Source of the DNA: an uncultured candidate division Zixibacteria bacterium | GTDB lineage: Bacteria > Zixibacteria > MSB-5A5 > GN15 > FEB-12 | Assembly: GCA_963735035.1 (NCBI GenBank) | Contig: CAVTJJ010000004.1 | Coordinates: forward strand, 1,216,001 to 1,280,000 | Length of the DNA: 64,000 bases | Direction: 5' to 3' | Part shown: in pieces, positions 18,735 through 31,400 of the stretch | Layout of the letters: every line of letters starts with the position of its first letter | Position numbering within the stretch: position 1 is the first letter of the stretch | The notes under the pieces: model-generated | What the model was told of the DNA's origin: nothing | Databases searched by the model: none | What the model saw: only the letters and a program-made list of their open reading frames with translations | Made by a program: the position numbers and the translations under genes

Positions 18735-21233
18735 CTACCTAAATGTCGTACCTATTTGGAAATGCGGCTTCCAGCCGCGACCACGTCCGTTGGGGGGCGT
18801 ATCCAACGGCTTGGCGAAATCAAAGCCGATGGTGCCGATACCCGGAACCACCACTCTAAAGCCGAGCCCGGCGCCTTTATACAATCCACTTATGGGCTGT
18901 ATATCGTTAAAATGCAGCCAGGAATTGCCGGCATCAAGAAAAAGTAGCATGTAAATTTGATTTTCAATGACCGGGAGCTGAACTTCCGCGTTGGCGACAA
19001 TCATATATTTTCCGCGTACCCGGGTAGTGAAACTGTGGCTAACGAGCATCGAGTCCGGCTTCGTGACGCGGGGATCAACCTCGGTAGTGTCTTTGTAATA
19101 CCAAATTGCCGTGTCGGTGCCGGTCACCGTGGAGTCGGGGGTCAGAGTGCCGTCGTCATAGCCGCGCACAATGCCGTCGTATGCCGTACCGCCCGGGTTG
19201 AACCGATCCGTAATAAGAATATTGTGATCCTTGGTGTCGTTCTTGCCGCCTATCACCGCACCGAGCTGGAGCTTGGTCGCCAGGGAGAATTTCCAGAACA
19301 GTGGTACAAACTTGGCCAACTCGACACTATGTACTTGATACCGCCAGAAGCCGCCCAGGAAGCCGGTTTTGTCCCAGGTGTACGACATGATCGAACCCTT
19401 GGTGGCAAACTCGGGCAGGTTGCGCGAGTCCCGAACGAAGGAGAGAGATATTCGAGAGGCGGTATTCCAGCCTTCCCGGTAAGACAGGATTGAACCCGGT
19501 AGAGGCTGGCCGACCGTAAGCTCGTCTTTGGACAGATTCTCGACCGTGCCGCTGTCAGTGATCTTGGTCCAACGATAGTGGTAACTTGTGCTCGACGAGT
19601 TCTGTGCGGCAAAAGCCTTGTCAAAGTCGGTGAACCGGTTCCGCTCAAGGCGATACGACGCATATACCCGGGAGTAGTTGTCGGGCCATCTCAGGCGACG
19701 ACCGAGGCGTATCGAGCCGCCCTGGCGTTCTTCGGTGTACTCGCTATACCAGCGCTGATTCAGGCCGAACAGATCAATCCCGAGGAGAGTCGGGCGGCCA
19801 AACAACCACGGCTCCGTAAAGGAGACCGAAAGGGAGCTGCGGGTGCTGCCGAAGTCGACATTGAAATTCAGGGACTGGCCGTTACCTCTGAAATTGGGGA
19901 TACCCATACCGACCGTGCCAACTACCTTGTCCTGGCTATTGTACCCGGCCCCCGCCGAGACCTGACCGGTTTGCTTTTCTTCGACTTTGAACTCGAGGTC
20001 AACGTCGCCGTTGGGGAGATTCACGGGCACCGGCTCGACGTTGGTAAAGTAGTTCAGCGCCATGACTTCGCGCACCGAACGGATCAGCAAGGACCGGTTG
20101 AAAGTCTGACCGGGCCGCACCGGGATTTCCCGACGGATCACGTTTTCCTTGGTGCGTGTGTTGCCCTTGATGTGGATCAGGTTGATACGCGACGGGGTCC
20201 CTTCGGAGATGATATACTTGATATCGATAATAGAATCAGCCCGGGTCGTACGCTCATCGAGAACGCGGACGTGCAAATGACCGACTTCCTGATAGGCAGA
20301 ATAGAGTTCGGAAAGTGATTGGTCGTATTTTTCGGAATCGAATACGGTGCCGGGCTTGTGTTTCAAGACTGTCGCGAGAAGGGGTGTCTTGAGTACCTCG
20401 TTGCCTTCAAAAGAGGATTCGCCAAAATAGTATTTTGGGCCTTCGTAGACGTCCAGGTAGATCGTCATCCGGTTGGCGATCGTATCGATATGCATAGAGT
20501 CGGAAATCAGAAAAGCGTCGATGTAACCTTTCTTCTGGTACTCCTTGATGATCTTCTCTTTGTCCTCCTCGTACTTCTCCTGAGCGAAGGTAGAACTCTT
20601 GAGGAAACCGCGCTTGCGATTGCGCATCTTGCCGACCAGGTCACTCGCTTTGACCCGCTGATTGCCGGTCATAACCACGCTCTCAACCTTGACCTTGGAC
20701 TTTTCTTTGATGTCGTACTTTAGAGAAGCTTCGGTGGAATCGGCATTGTACGTCAGGGCGCCTTCAACCTCGGCCTGGAAATACCCCTTCTTGGCGTAAG
20801 TGTCGAGGATCGTCTGTCTCTTGGAATGAATCAGATAGGGGGAGATATATCCGCCGACTCCAAGCCCGAGGTCCTTCTTGAGGTCATCGGATTTGATCTT
20901 CTTATTGCCGCTGAATTCGAGCCCGGTCAGCTTGGGGAGCTCTTTGACGACAATGAACACCTTCAGACCGCCGGGAACTTCCCTGGCATCGATCCGGACA
21001 TCGGAGAAGATATTGAGACCGTAAAGGCGGTGAAGTGTATTCTGGATGATCGTCGGGGTCAGGGGAGACCCCTTGGCTATCGATGACACTCCGAGGACGA
21101 GGGAGTTAGTGGCAATTCGGTTGCCGACCACCTCAATGTCCACCACGGTATAGTCAGTCTGGGCTACCGCCGCAGCGGCCAGTGCCAGAAGAGAAATCAA
21201 GATGACAAGAGCGGTCCCTGCTCGGGGTGTCAT
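18735..21233 (-). CDS. bamA: Outer-membrane protein assembly factor BamA
   Basis: POTRA repeats (GNTRTKENVIRRE), SFTEPWLFG, VRGY, C-terminal FQIGTTF. Upstream of skp-lpxD. Confidence 0.93.
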   Translation of the reverse strand: MTPRAGTALVILISLLALAAAAVAQTDYTVVDIEVVGNRIATNSLVLGVSSIAKGSPLTPTIIQNTLHRLYGLNIFSDVRIDAREVPGGLKVFIVVKELPKLTGLEFSGNKKIKSDDLKKDLGLGVGGYISPYLIHSKRQTILDTYAKKGYFQAEVEGALTYNADSTEASLKYDIKEKSKVKVESVVMTGNQRVKASDLVGKMRNRKRGFLKSSTFAQEKYEEDKEKIIKEYQKKGYIDAFLISDSMHIDTIANRMTIYLDVYEGPKYYFGESSFEGNEVLKTPLLATVLKHKPGTVFDSEKYDQSLSELYSAYQEVGHLHVRVLDERTTRADSIIDIKYIISEGTPSRINLIHIKGNTRTKENVIRREIPVRPGQTFNRSLLIRSVREVMALNYFTNVEPVPVNLPNGDVDLEFKVEEKQTGQVSAGAGYNSQDKVVGTVGMGIPNFRGNGQSLNFNVDFGSTRSSLSVSFTEPWLFGRPTLLGIDLFGLNQRWYSEYTEERQGGSIRLGRRLRWPDNYSRVYASYRLERNRFTDFDKAFAAQNSSSTSYHYRWTKITDSGTVENLSKDELTVGQPLPGSILSYREGWNTASRISLSFVRDSRNLPEFATKGSIMSYTWDKTGFLGGFWRYQVHSVELAKFVPLFWKFSLATKLQLGAVIGGKNDTKDHNILITDRFNPGGTAYDGIVRGYDDGTLTPDSTVTGTDTAIWYYKDTTEVDPRVTKPDSMLVSHSFTTRVRGKYMIVANAEVQLPVIENQIYMLLFLDAGNSWLHFNDIQPISGLYKGAGLGFRVVVPGIGTIGFDFAKPLDTPPNGRGRGWKPHFQIGTTFR

Positions 21234-21249
21234 GAATCAGTCCGCAACC

Positions 21250-21567
21250 TTAGTGAGGCGCCACGATTTTCTTGATTTTGATCTCAGAGAAATCCTGGCG
21301 ATGCCCCTGGGTGCGGCGATACTTGGTCCGCCGTTTGTACTTGTAAATCAGCACCTTGTCATCTTTACCGTTGGAGATAAGCTCAGCCTTAACCGACGCG
21401 CCGACAACTGTGGGGGCGCCGATCAAAGTCGTGTCTTTGTCCTTCAGCATCAGGACCTGATCGATGTCAAAGGCTTTGCCGACTTCGACCTTTTGGAGCG
21501 GCACTCTCAGGGTGTCGCCTTCCTGAGCGCTGTACTGAAATCCGGACAATTGGAAAATAGCCTGCAT
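21250..21567 (-). CDS. rplU: 50S ribosomal protein L21
   Basis: G-Q-Y N-terminus, IGAPTV, KYKRRTKYRRTQGHRQ. Start at ATG 21567 (alternative 21573). Confidence 0.95.
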   Translation of the reverse strand: MQAIFQLSGFQYSAQEGDTLRVPLQKVEVGKAFDIDQVLMLKDKDTTLIGAPTVVGASVKAELISNGKDDKVLIYKYKRRTKYRRTQGHRQDFSEIKIKKIVAPH

Positions 21568-21617
21568 AGGCATCCTTTCAAACCTACTAAACCGTTACTT
21601 TTCTGAACAAGCCTCAA

Positions 21618-21645
21618 AAGGTAACGGATTGGGCTGACAAGTCAA
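21618..21645 (-). promoter_or_regulatory. Possible sigma70 promoter for rplU-bamA-skp-lpxD
   Basis: Minus strand reads TTGACT-N16-TACCTT. Confidence 0.4.
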
Positions 21646-21818
21646 GTTCAATCTTGGTACGAGTACCACAACGCTTTGTTACGTCTACCATTAGACGTCC
21701 CAACTAGAGCCGGGTTCCATAGTGTTCGAGCCGGTCGGGCCAAAAGTGACCGAAATCTTTCGCCCGAAGGGGAACCGGAGTACTATATTATGGGGTTTGA
21801 CCCCGAAAGGAAAGTGCG

Positions 21819-23870
21819 TTGGCCGATACAAGTCGCAGATCGATTCTCGAGACGCCGGATGAGTTTCGCCTGGAGTCGCCCTACCCGCCCAAGGGGGATC
21901 AGCCGACCGCGATCGTCGAACTTCTTGAGGGTCTGAGGGCCGGCCGCAAACATCAGACCCTGCTGGGCGTGACCGGGTCCGGAAAAACCTTTACGATTGC
22001 TAACGTCATCGCCCAGTACGGCAAGCCGACCCTGGTGATCTCCCACAACAAGACCCTGGCCGCCCAGCTCTACGGGGAACTTCGGGCGTTCTTCCCACAC
22101 AACGCCGTCGAGTTCTTTATCAGCTACTACGACTACTACCAGCCCGAAGCCTATCTGCCCACGACTGATACATATATAGAGAAGGATACCCAGCTAAACG
22201 AAGATATCGACCGGCTGCGCCTTAGGGCTACCGCCTCGCTTCTGCAGCGCAAGGACGTAATTATTGTCGCGTCGGTATCTTGTATCTACGGCATCGGTTC
22301 TCCCGAAGAATATAAGCGGCAGATGTTTACGCTCGAAGTAGGCACTGAGACCGACCGGGATGCTGTTATCCGCCAGCTCATTTCAGTACACTACAACCGG
22401 AACGATGTCGATTTCAGCCGGGGCAACTTTCGGGTGCGCGGTGATACCATCGAGATGATTCCGGCCTATCACGAGAACGCTCTTCGGTTCGAATTCTTCG
22501 GCGACGAGCTGGAGCGCATCTCAGAAGTCGATCCCTTGACCGGAGAGATTCTGAACGAAAAGCCGAGAGTATCGATCTACCCGGCCAAGCATTTTGTGAC
22601 GTCACGGCAGATTCTGGACGACTCGATCGGTGAGATCGAGCGAGAACTGGCCCGGCAACTGGAAGTGTTCCGTCGCGAAGACAAACTCCTCGAAGCTCAG
22701 CGCCTCGAAATGCGTTCCAAGTACGATCTGGAGATGCTCAAGGAGATCGGCTATTGCTCCGGCATCGAAAATTACTCCCGTTACCTGACCGGACGCAAGG
22801 AAGGGGAGCGCCCGAAATGCCTGATGGATTTCTTCGAAGGGGATTTCCTTACGATCATTGACGAATCCCACCAATCAGTCCCACAGATCCGTGGCATGTT
22901 CGCAGGCGACCGCAGCCGCAAAGAAGTTCTGGTCGCTCACGGGTTCCGGCTGCCATCGGCGATGGATAATCGGCCGCTCTTTTTCGAAGAGTTCGAGCAA
23001 TTGCAAAAGCAGGTGATATATGTCTCGGCCACTCCGGCCGAGTACGAACTCACGAAATCGGAAGGCTTGATTATCGAACAGGTGATCCGTCCCACCGGAT
23101 TGTTGGATCCCATTATCACTGTCAAGCCGCTGGCGACTCAGGTGGATGATCTGCTGGAGGAAGTGCGGGGACGGGTCGCAAGGAACGAGCGTGTGCTCGT
23201 TACCACTTTGACCAAGCGGATGGCCGAGGACCTCACCGATTACATGAGCAAGCTGGGCGTGAAAGTCCGGTATCTCCATAGCGAAATTCATTCGATTGAG
23301 CGAACCGAACTGATTCGGGATTTGCGGCTGAAGAATTTCGACGTGCTGGTGGGTGTCAACTTGCTACGCGAAGGGCTTGACCTGCCGGAAGTTTCTTTGG
23401 TGGCGATTCTCGACGCCGACAAGGAAGGATTTCTGCGCTCGGAACGGTCGCTGATTCAGACTGCCGGACGGGCGGCGCGAAACGTCAATGGCGAAGTGAT
23501 CTTCTACGCCGACAAGATCACTGATTCTATGCGAAAAGCTATTGACGAGACCAATCGCCGTCGTACCAAACAACAGGCGTACAACCAGGAACACGGTATT
23601 GACCCGCAGACCATATTCAAGACCCGCGAGGAAATCCTGCTGTCGACTCAGTTTGCCGATACCCGGTCGGCCGAAGTTCCGACTTTCGAGAAACCGAAGA
23701 ATTTCGAATTGATGTCGGCCGAGGATCAACTCGCGTTCCTGGCGCGCACGATGAAGAATGCCGCCGAAAACCTCGATTTCGAAACTGCGATTCTTATTCG
23801 GGGCGAGATTGAAGAACTTCAGAAGAACACGAAAAAGGGTCGCACAAAACGGTTCGGGCGGAGTCATTAG
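21819..23870 (+). CDS. uvrB: Excinuclease ABC subunit B
   Basis: [41 protein letters not shown]-terminal UVR domain. Confidence 0.98.
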   Translation: MADTSRRSILETPDEFRLESPYPPKGDQPTAIVELLEGLRAGRKHQTLLGVTGSGKTFTIANVIAQYGKPTLVISHNKTLAAQLYGELRAFFPHNAVEFFISYYDYYQPEAYLPTTDTYIEKDTQLNEDIDRLRLRATASLLQRKDVIIVASVSCIYGIGSPEEYKRQMFTLEVGTETDRDAVIRQLISVHYNRNDVDFSRGNFRVRGDTIEMIPAYHENALRFEFFGDELERISEVDPLTGEILNEKPRVSIYPAKHFVTSRQILDDSIGEIERELARQLEVFRREDKLLEAQRLEMRSKYDLEMLKEIGYCSGIENYSRYLTGRKEGERPKCLMDFFEGDFLTIIDESHQSVPQIRGMFAGDRSRKEVLVAHGFRLPSAMDNRPLFFEEFEQLQKQVIYVSATPAEYELTKSEGLIIEQVIRPTGLLDPIITVKPLATQVDDLLEEVRGRVARNERVLVTTLTKRMAEDLTDYMSKLGVKVRYLHSEIHSIERTELIRDLRLKNFDVLVGVNLLREGLDLPEVSLVAILDADKEGFLRSERSLIQTAGRAARNVNGEVIFYADKITDSMRKAIDETNRRRTKQQAYNQEHGIDPQTIFKTREEILLSTQFADTRSAEVPTFEKPKNFELMSAEDQLAFLARTMKNAAENLDFETAILIRGEIEELQKNTKKGRTKRFGRSH

Positions 23871-23886
23871 GTGTGTAAGGTTAAGT

Positions 23887-24831
23887 ATGAAAAGAAGTGT
23901 CTTGATCGGTAGTTTTGCGTTTTGCCTCTTGGGATTGGTCGCACTTTCGTTTTTCGGGGGCTGCAGTGAAAAGGAAGTGCCGGTCGTAGTTGATGAGGAC
24001 GAAATTTCTAAATATATCAGCCAGGTGGGTATTGCCAAGGAGCTCTTCAGGACGACCGGGTTGATAAATGAGACCCCTTATTCCGTACCCTTTGACAGCG
24101 CCATTATCACCGATCGTGTCCTCAGTAACACCCGTTCTATCGAAGTGCATCTGGTGCCACTGAAAATCGTCAACTACTACGGCGACACGGTTGAAAACGC
24201 ACGCGAACATGTCTATGTCGATCATGGTTATCTGGGACAACTGCGCGAGAGTCTGGTTCAGGTCAAGGATCTCATGGCAGTTGAAACCAAGTTCGCCTAC
24301 TCCAAAGACACTCTGTTTGACACCAACGAGGTTACGCTTAACCGCTACGGCTTCTTCCTCAAGATGGGTACGGATGCACGCGACTACGCAGGCTGGATTC
24401 TTTGGGGCTTCAACGGCTTGGGCAAGAAGACGAGAGTCGGAGTCACTCTGAAAGGTTCGGGCGGTGTCCATTTCCGGGGTGATCTGGGTCTCTACGATGA
24501 AGAACCAGTCTCGGATTCCGGGCACATCCCGCATATACACTATAGACGCCTTACAAACATGGATACGGTGGCTCTGGGTAGTCGTCTGCTCGTTTCAACC
24601 GAATGGGCGTCGTACGACAGCACACCTACATACCAGTTGGCGTCCGATTATGACGTCGATGGTTCATTCACGCGTCCGATGTATCGATATGACACGGCGA
24701 ACTTCGTTGACAGCCTCTCATATCAGACTCCGGCTTCTGATCCGCGTCTATACAACGAGTTGATGATCCAATCCATAGATTCGTTGACCTTTCCGAGACG
24801 CAGATTGTTCGTTGTTCCCTATAGAAGATAG
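23887..24831 (+). CDS. Hypothetical lipoprotein
   Basis: MKRS plus hydrophobic stretch plus FGGC lipobox when started at ATG 23887. Confidence 0.7.
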   Translation: MKRSVLIGSFAFCLLGLVALSFFGGCSEKEVPVVVDEDEISKYISQVGIAKELFRTTGLINETPYSVPFDSAIITDRVLSNTRSIEVHLVPLKIVNYYGDTVENAREHVYVDHGYLGQLRESLVQVKDLMAVETKFAYSKDTLFDTNEVTLNRYGFFLKMGTDARDYAGWILWGFNGLGKKTRVGVTLKGSGGVHFRGDLGLYDEEPVSDSGHIPHIHYRRLTNMDTVALGSRLLVSTEWASYDSTPTYQLASDYDVDGSFTRPMYRYDTANFVDSLSYQTPASDPRLYNELMIQSIDSLTFPRRRLFVVPYRR

Positions 24832-25275
24832 TTGCTTTCGACATACTCTCTCAGATTGGATGCGTGTCAACGGCCCGGTCCAGAGGTTCCTCACTCTGAT
24901 TTGTCGAGATTCACGGCTTAACGGTAGCCCAATAATCGCAGATGTTGCGTCGGCAGAAGAACCGTAAACAGGCTCCAACACGCAGATATGCAGTCGTCAG
25001 CAGGTCGGTGTTTCTGATCAGCGGACAGTATCAATTGGAAATCGGCCAGGCGATCAAGCGGCTCCGACGCGAGGCAAGAGAGGCTAAGATTCTGTTAGCC
25101 AACGAGAAAGCTCAGGGACACGTGGGCTTGATGCGCAATACCACCGACATAAATGTACACTCCGGTTCACAGTTGACCGGAAAGCCTTTTATGAACCCCT
25201 TGCGGACCACCCAGTTAACCCTTTGCTGAACTTGGCGTGATTCTTGCAGCCACCGGGGATAACCGGGCCTATACC

Positions 25276-25303
25276 TTGACTTTCCGGCCAAAAGAGCTAT
25301 ATT
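25276..25303 (+). promoter_or_regulatory. Putative sigma70 promoter for the giant protein gene
   Basis: TTGACT-N16-TATATT, about 190 nt upstream of the ATG. Confidence 0.55.
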
Positions 25304-25492
25304 GAAATGCTTGTAGGAACTGACGGCTTTACTAATCAAGCCTTACTGCCCCTAGGTCCCACGAGAAGCTCTTGGCTGATTGAAAATAGCAGAGTCTTCC
25401 GGATGAGGTCCGCTGGTTTTTTTTGGGATTACCGAGCCTGACCGATTCGTGTGGGATCGGATAACCGGTTCGGAATCGCGCTTGGAGGAAAG

Positions 25493-28400
25493 ATGACGAG
25501 ACGAGGGTTGCTCCTCTGCCTACTGACGACACTAATCCTTCTGACCGTTCCTAACACCAGTCTATTCGCACAGACCGGTTCATATGATCCGGACTGGGCG
25601 CCGACCATTACCCTGCCGAACGATACCTCGGTGGTATGGTGCCAGGCCAATTCGATCTGTTATCAGATCAGTGGCTCGGACCCGGATGCGTCTGACTCCA
25701 TCTGGATGTCGCTGGTGAGCGGTCCGATCAATTTCACACCGGTGCTTTTTGGGAATCAGTTCACGACGACGGTTTGTTTCCAGCCGGAAGGATCAGGTGT
25801 CTACGCGTTCATCTGGCGTTTTGTAGATCGTCAGAACCATGTGGTCATAGACACCGTGACGTATACGGTCGAACTGGGCGCGCCGCCAGTTATCAATGAC
25901 CAGCAGTTCACCGCCGAGTTGTGCGATCTGCACGCACCGCGCGTACTGCCCCTCAGTTATTCAAGCCCGGGGAGAGCGGTAGCTTTCGAACTACTTTCCG
26001 GTCCCGGGACAATCGATCCTCTGACAGGTGTCATTACCTACCAGCCGGACACGTCCGGTGTTTTTGCGTTTAATGTCGCGATTCAGTCCGACTGCGGTGG
26101 AGACACCGCCCTTATCACCGATCACCTGACTTTGAACATGCCGCCTCATTGTATCGGTTTCGATACGACTATTTACCTGTGTAATGTAGAAAAGATTTGC
26201 TACGATGTTTTCGCCTCTGATCCCGAGGGAGATCCGATTCAGATCACGATGCCGGAAGGCGCCGGTACGTTTGTCCAGCTCAGTGACACCTCGGGCCAGA
26301 CCTGCTTCACGCCGCGTAACCTTGATTCAGCGCGTTACTACTTCATCTTCCGCGCGGCCGACAGTTGCGTTCTGCACGCGGGTGGACAGGCGGGAGAGCC
26401 GTATTGTTGTGTCGATACGGTCGTCATAGATGTGGTTATCACTCAGCCGGGCCAGATTGCATGCCCGACCGATTCTACTTTCAAGCTGTGTGTTCCTCCG
26501 GAGACGATGCCTGCCTCGATCTGCTTGCCCGGCTTCTCCAGTACCTGGAAGAATTCGGCTCTATCTTTCGGCACTCTCAAGGGCGACACGCTTTGTTTCG
26601 AGGCTGACACGCTCGGGACTTACACGATTCGTTACGTCGGTTCTGACACCTGTGGTCACGCCGACACCTGCGAGACCAAGGTCAAGGTTGAAGGCAATCA
26701 TGTGCCGTACGTAACCATGGCCCAGGACTATAGTATCAGTCTATGTACTTCCGAAGCGATCTGCTTTGCGGCGTCGGCCGATGATCTCGATTTTGACCTC
26801 GAAGGCGTTTCGGTCAATTACGGTCAGTTCACGCAGTCATCCGGAACGATATGTTTCGACGTGGACACTTCCGGCGTTTACCAGATCATTATGCGTGCCT
26901 GGGACAAGTGCGGCGCGGATGCTGTCGATACCACCCTGGTTACCGTGCTGAGACACGACCCTCCCACGATCAGCCTGGGCGAAGACCGGGCGATTGATCT
27001 TTGCGAACAGCAGGAGATTTGCCTTGATGCGACCGTGACCGGGGCGGACGAAGTCAAGTTCTTCTCCACGTCGTCCGGTGCTTACTACAATCAAGAAACC
27101 GGCAAGGTTTGTTTCACACCAACCCAGAGCGGACGCTATGAAGTGTTCCTGCAGGCGTTGGACAATTGCGAGCGCGTCGTAGCTGACACGGTCGTGCTTA
27201 ACGTGACCGTAGGCCACGCGCCGACCATCTCCAGCTTCCCCGATAGCACAATCTATCTTTGCTACCCGCGTGAGATTTGTCTCGACCTGAACATTGCTGA
27301 CCAGGATAATGACATCGTCAGCGTCAAAGTAAACCGGGGCAAGTACACCAATAACCAGTTCTGTTTTATTCCGTACGGCGAAGGCGACTATCCGTTGATC
27401 GTGACCGTGACCGACAACTGCGGCCATATCGTGATAGACACCGCCCACGTGACGGTCAAGACCGACCAGGGTATCAAGCTGGTGACGCCGGGCGATACGA
27501 CGATCTTCCTCTGTCAGCCGGACACTATCTGCTTCCCGATTGGGGGCGTTCCGGACGGCGCTAAAGTTACCGTCAAGGGCATTGCCACCTTCTGGGACGA
27601 TGCCACCAAGTCAATCTGCTTCTACTCGGACTGCTGTCTTGAAAACAAACTGACCGTTTCGGTAACGACGGACTGCGGCACTTACTCCAAGTCGTTTACG
27701 GTCGATGTCCAGACCAACAGCAAGCCGCTTGTGGTGCTCCCGAAGGACACCACAATATTTCAGTGCCAGCCGGCCACTATCTGTCTGCCGGTAGGGATGA
27801 GCGACATCGACGGCAATATCGCGTCGGTTTCAGTCACGAGTGGTCGTTACGACGCTTATGACCGGACTATCTGCCTGGATCAGCTTCAGGAAGGCGCCAA
27901 TACGATAGGGGTGACGGTTACTGATTCCTGCGGTGCGACGTCGACAGACCAGATCGTGGTGACGCTTGATATGAACGACGCGCCCTGGGTCAATTCGACT
28001 TTGCAGGATACGGTTTTCAGACAGTGTGAATTTACTGAGATTCTCGTCCCGATTGAGTACGGTGACCCGAATGGCCCGAATGTCACGATCACTTTTGACG
28101 CCGGTACCAAGGTGGCGATTGATCTCAATAGCGGACGCCGAACAGGTGTTTATTACCTCCCGACCAAATACGGCGACCAGTGCTTCCACATCTTTGCTAC
28201 CGACTCTTGCGGTCTTGCGGACACGGCGACTGTCTGTATTAGCGTGGTCAAGCCCGAACCGGTCGTTATCACTTGCCCCGAGGTCATCAATAATACCCAG
28301 TGCGGCCCCGGTTCGGTCTGCGTTGACGTTCCGATCACCGGTGCATTCCAGACAGTAACTACGAACTACGGCACCTGGTCAAACGGCAAGTGGTGCATCG

Positions 28401-31400
28401 ACGTAACCGAACCGATTACGGGCAGTCTCGAAATTATCGCGACCGGCGAATGCAACACCGATACTTGCTCCGTCCCATTGAACCTGATCCCAGTCGAGTC
28501 GCCGCAGTTGACCTGCCCGGCGAATCTCGACACTCTAATGTGCGGTCCGGGTACGCTGGTATTCGACGTACCACTATTGAGCGCGGCCGGTCCTGGTGAA
28601 ATGGTCGTGGCTACCGCTCCGGCGACAGTCGAAATAATCGGCCGCACCGCGAAAGTAAGCGTGCCAGTTACGTCGCCGGGTGAGCAGATCATTACCCTGA
28701 CTTATGACAATCCTCCGTGCCAGCCGTATACGTGCAGCTTTACAATCAATGCTCGTTTCAATTCAGCACCTATTCTGGCGATTGAAAACATCTCCATCGA
28801 GAGCTGCAGCCTGAGCCAAATATGTGTTCCGTTCGCGTATTCGGATGTGGAGAATAACATTACGAGTATCTGGAGCGAAACCGGTCCGGTGAGTTGGTCC
28901 GGAGGTACTGGCGAACTTTGTTTCACGCCAGCTACTTTTGGCGTACATCAACTGGTACTCACGGCCGTAGATACTTGCGGTGCGCAGTTTGCAGCTCCGT
29001 TCACAGTGACAATCAACGAGCTCCCCAAAGTTACCATCCAATGCCCCGAGCTTCTTACGCCGCTTACGTATTGCGGACTGGGCGAGCATTGTATCGATCT
29101 GGCAATCGACGGTAACCCAACCAGTGTCACATCTAATTACGGGACCTGGTCGAATGGCAAGCTCTGCTTCAGCTTCGACAAGACCGGCCGCTATGATGTC
29201 CAGGTCATCGCCACAGGACCCTGTGACGCGGATACCTGCACTATCCCGGTAGTGATCAATGCTCCGGCTGAGGTTACTTGCAGCGTCCCCGACACCAGCG
29301 TTATCATGTGTCAGGAAATACCCACGACCGTCAGTGTCCCGGTAATTATCACCGGCGACAACCTGCAGTACCGCGTCTATCCGGAGAGTTATACCTACGC
29401 TGATGGCGTCGTGAACGTGACCTTCTCGCAGGTCGGCACGTACCCGGTCAGCGTGGTAGCGTGGAACGATTGCAGCCGCGACAGTTGTGAGTTCGTTGTG
29501 AACGCTACGCTCAATGCGGCGCCAGTGCTCGTCCTAGGTGAAGATTTCCAGGTGACGCAGTGCGGTTTGCAGGAAATTTGTGTGCCGTTCACGGTGTCTG
29601 ATCCTAACGGTGATTTAATGGAATTGCGGGCATCGCTCGGTGTCATCAACGGCAATACGGTTTGCTTTACGCCCAAAGATTACGGCGAATACGATATTAC
29701 TCTTACGGCGATAGATCGCTGTGACGCCTCTGTAAGCGACGTCATCAAAGTAACGGTGGTCGAGGGCACGTCCGTGACTCTGACCTGCCCCAGCGAGCCG
29801 ATCTCGAGCAACATTGATCTGCCGGGGACGGTGCGAGTGCCGATTGGTGTCGTACCCGCCGGAGTCCCAGTGACTATCAGTCCTGCCGGTTATTACGACG
29901 CTGCTACGGGTGAAGCGGTTGTTCCGATTGAAACCGAAGGCACGCACCAGTTCACGGTGACCGCCCAGGCCGACTGCAACGCCGATACCTGCGGCTTTAC
30001 TCTTCAGATAGGGCAGTATGTACCTCCGATGGTAGAATGCGTCGGAGCGGTCGACACGCTGCTTTGCCTGTCGCGCCCAACTGACGTTTGTATACCGGTG
30101 AGCGTTCATGGCACCGGGGTGCAAGTGGAAGTCACTCCGCCGGCTGTGTTTACCGGCACCGCGGTATGTATGAACGTCACGGCGCCGGGCACTTACGTAA
30201 TTGACATTGTAGCCCGAACCGATCGCGACAGTGCGAAGTGCCAGACCGTACTGACAGTAACTGGCGGTCAGCCGCCCGTGTTGCGTATGCCGGAAGCCCT
30301 CAACTATAAACTTTGTGCGGCCGGTGATATTTGTTTCGACGTCGTCATGCAGGATGCCGAGTTCGACATTACCAATATCAATCTTAATTACGGCACATAC
30401 GACGCAGCCAGGGGGACGATTTGTTTCGCCGCCGATACGGCCGGAACATACGTCATCAACATGACCGTCGCTGATTCCTGCGGCAATTCTACCAGCGGAA
30501 GTACCCATGTTACGGTGGCTTTCAACGCTCCGCCGCAAGTCGATCTGGGCGACGATGCGAAAGTATTCGGCTGTGTTCTGTCAGAGGTGTGTGTTGACGC
30601 GGGGATCGTGACCGACGATCAGGTGACGGTGACGACCAGCCTGGGCACTTACAACCCGGCCACGGGGAAGGTCTGCTTCCTGCCGACCGCTCCCGGTAAT
30701 TATGAAATTATTATCGAAGCCACCGACGAGTGCGGGCACAAGGCCGCGGATACGTTGGTTATCACTGTCGATGCCAATGATCCGCCGGCTATTGCTCCGA
30801 TGCGCGACACGACCATCTATCTCTGCTATCCGCAGGAGATTTGTATTGACGCTCCGGTGACTGATCCGGACGGCAATGTGGCGAGCATAACGCCTTCACG
30901 CGGTCGCTATGTGGACGGTCGGGTATGCTTCATCCCGTACGGCCAGGGCGACTACCAGGTCATCCTGACGGCCGTCGATCAGTGCGGCGCCACCGTGAAG
31001 GATACCGCGATTGTAACGGTCAAGACCGACCAGAACATAACGATCACGTGTCCGGGCGATACCACGGTCTTCCTCTGTCAACCGGACACTCTTTGCTTCC
31101 CGATCAGTGGCGTTCCCGACGGAGCCGCCGTCAAAGTAAAGGGCATCGGCGCCTGGTGGGATGCCGAGACGAAATCGGTCTGTTTCTATTCCGACTGCTG
31201 CCTTGAGAACACGCTCACAGTTTCTGCCACGACCGCTTGTGGCACTTACTCGTGCAGCTTCACGGTCAGCGTACAGACCAACAGCCGCCCGCTGGTGCTT
31301 CTCCCGCGCGACACGACTATCATGCAGTGCCAGCTTGCGAGTATCTGCCTGCCGGTAGGCATCAGTGATATCGACGGCAACATCCGCAACGTAACAGTTG

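Noticed and set aside
21713..21727. GTTC direct repeat as an alphaproteobacterial-type LexA box
   Set aside because: The spacer is 6 nt rather than 7.
24942..25229. 95-aa ORF in the large intergenic gap
   Set aside because: No RBS, no recognisable motif and no TM or signal features. It cannot be supported, though it is not excluded.
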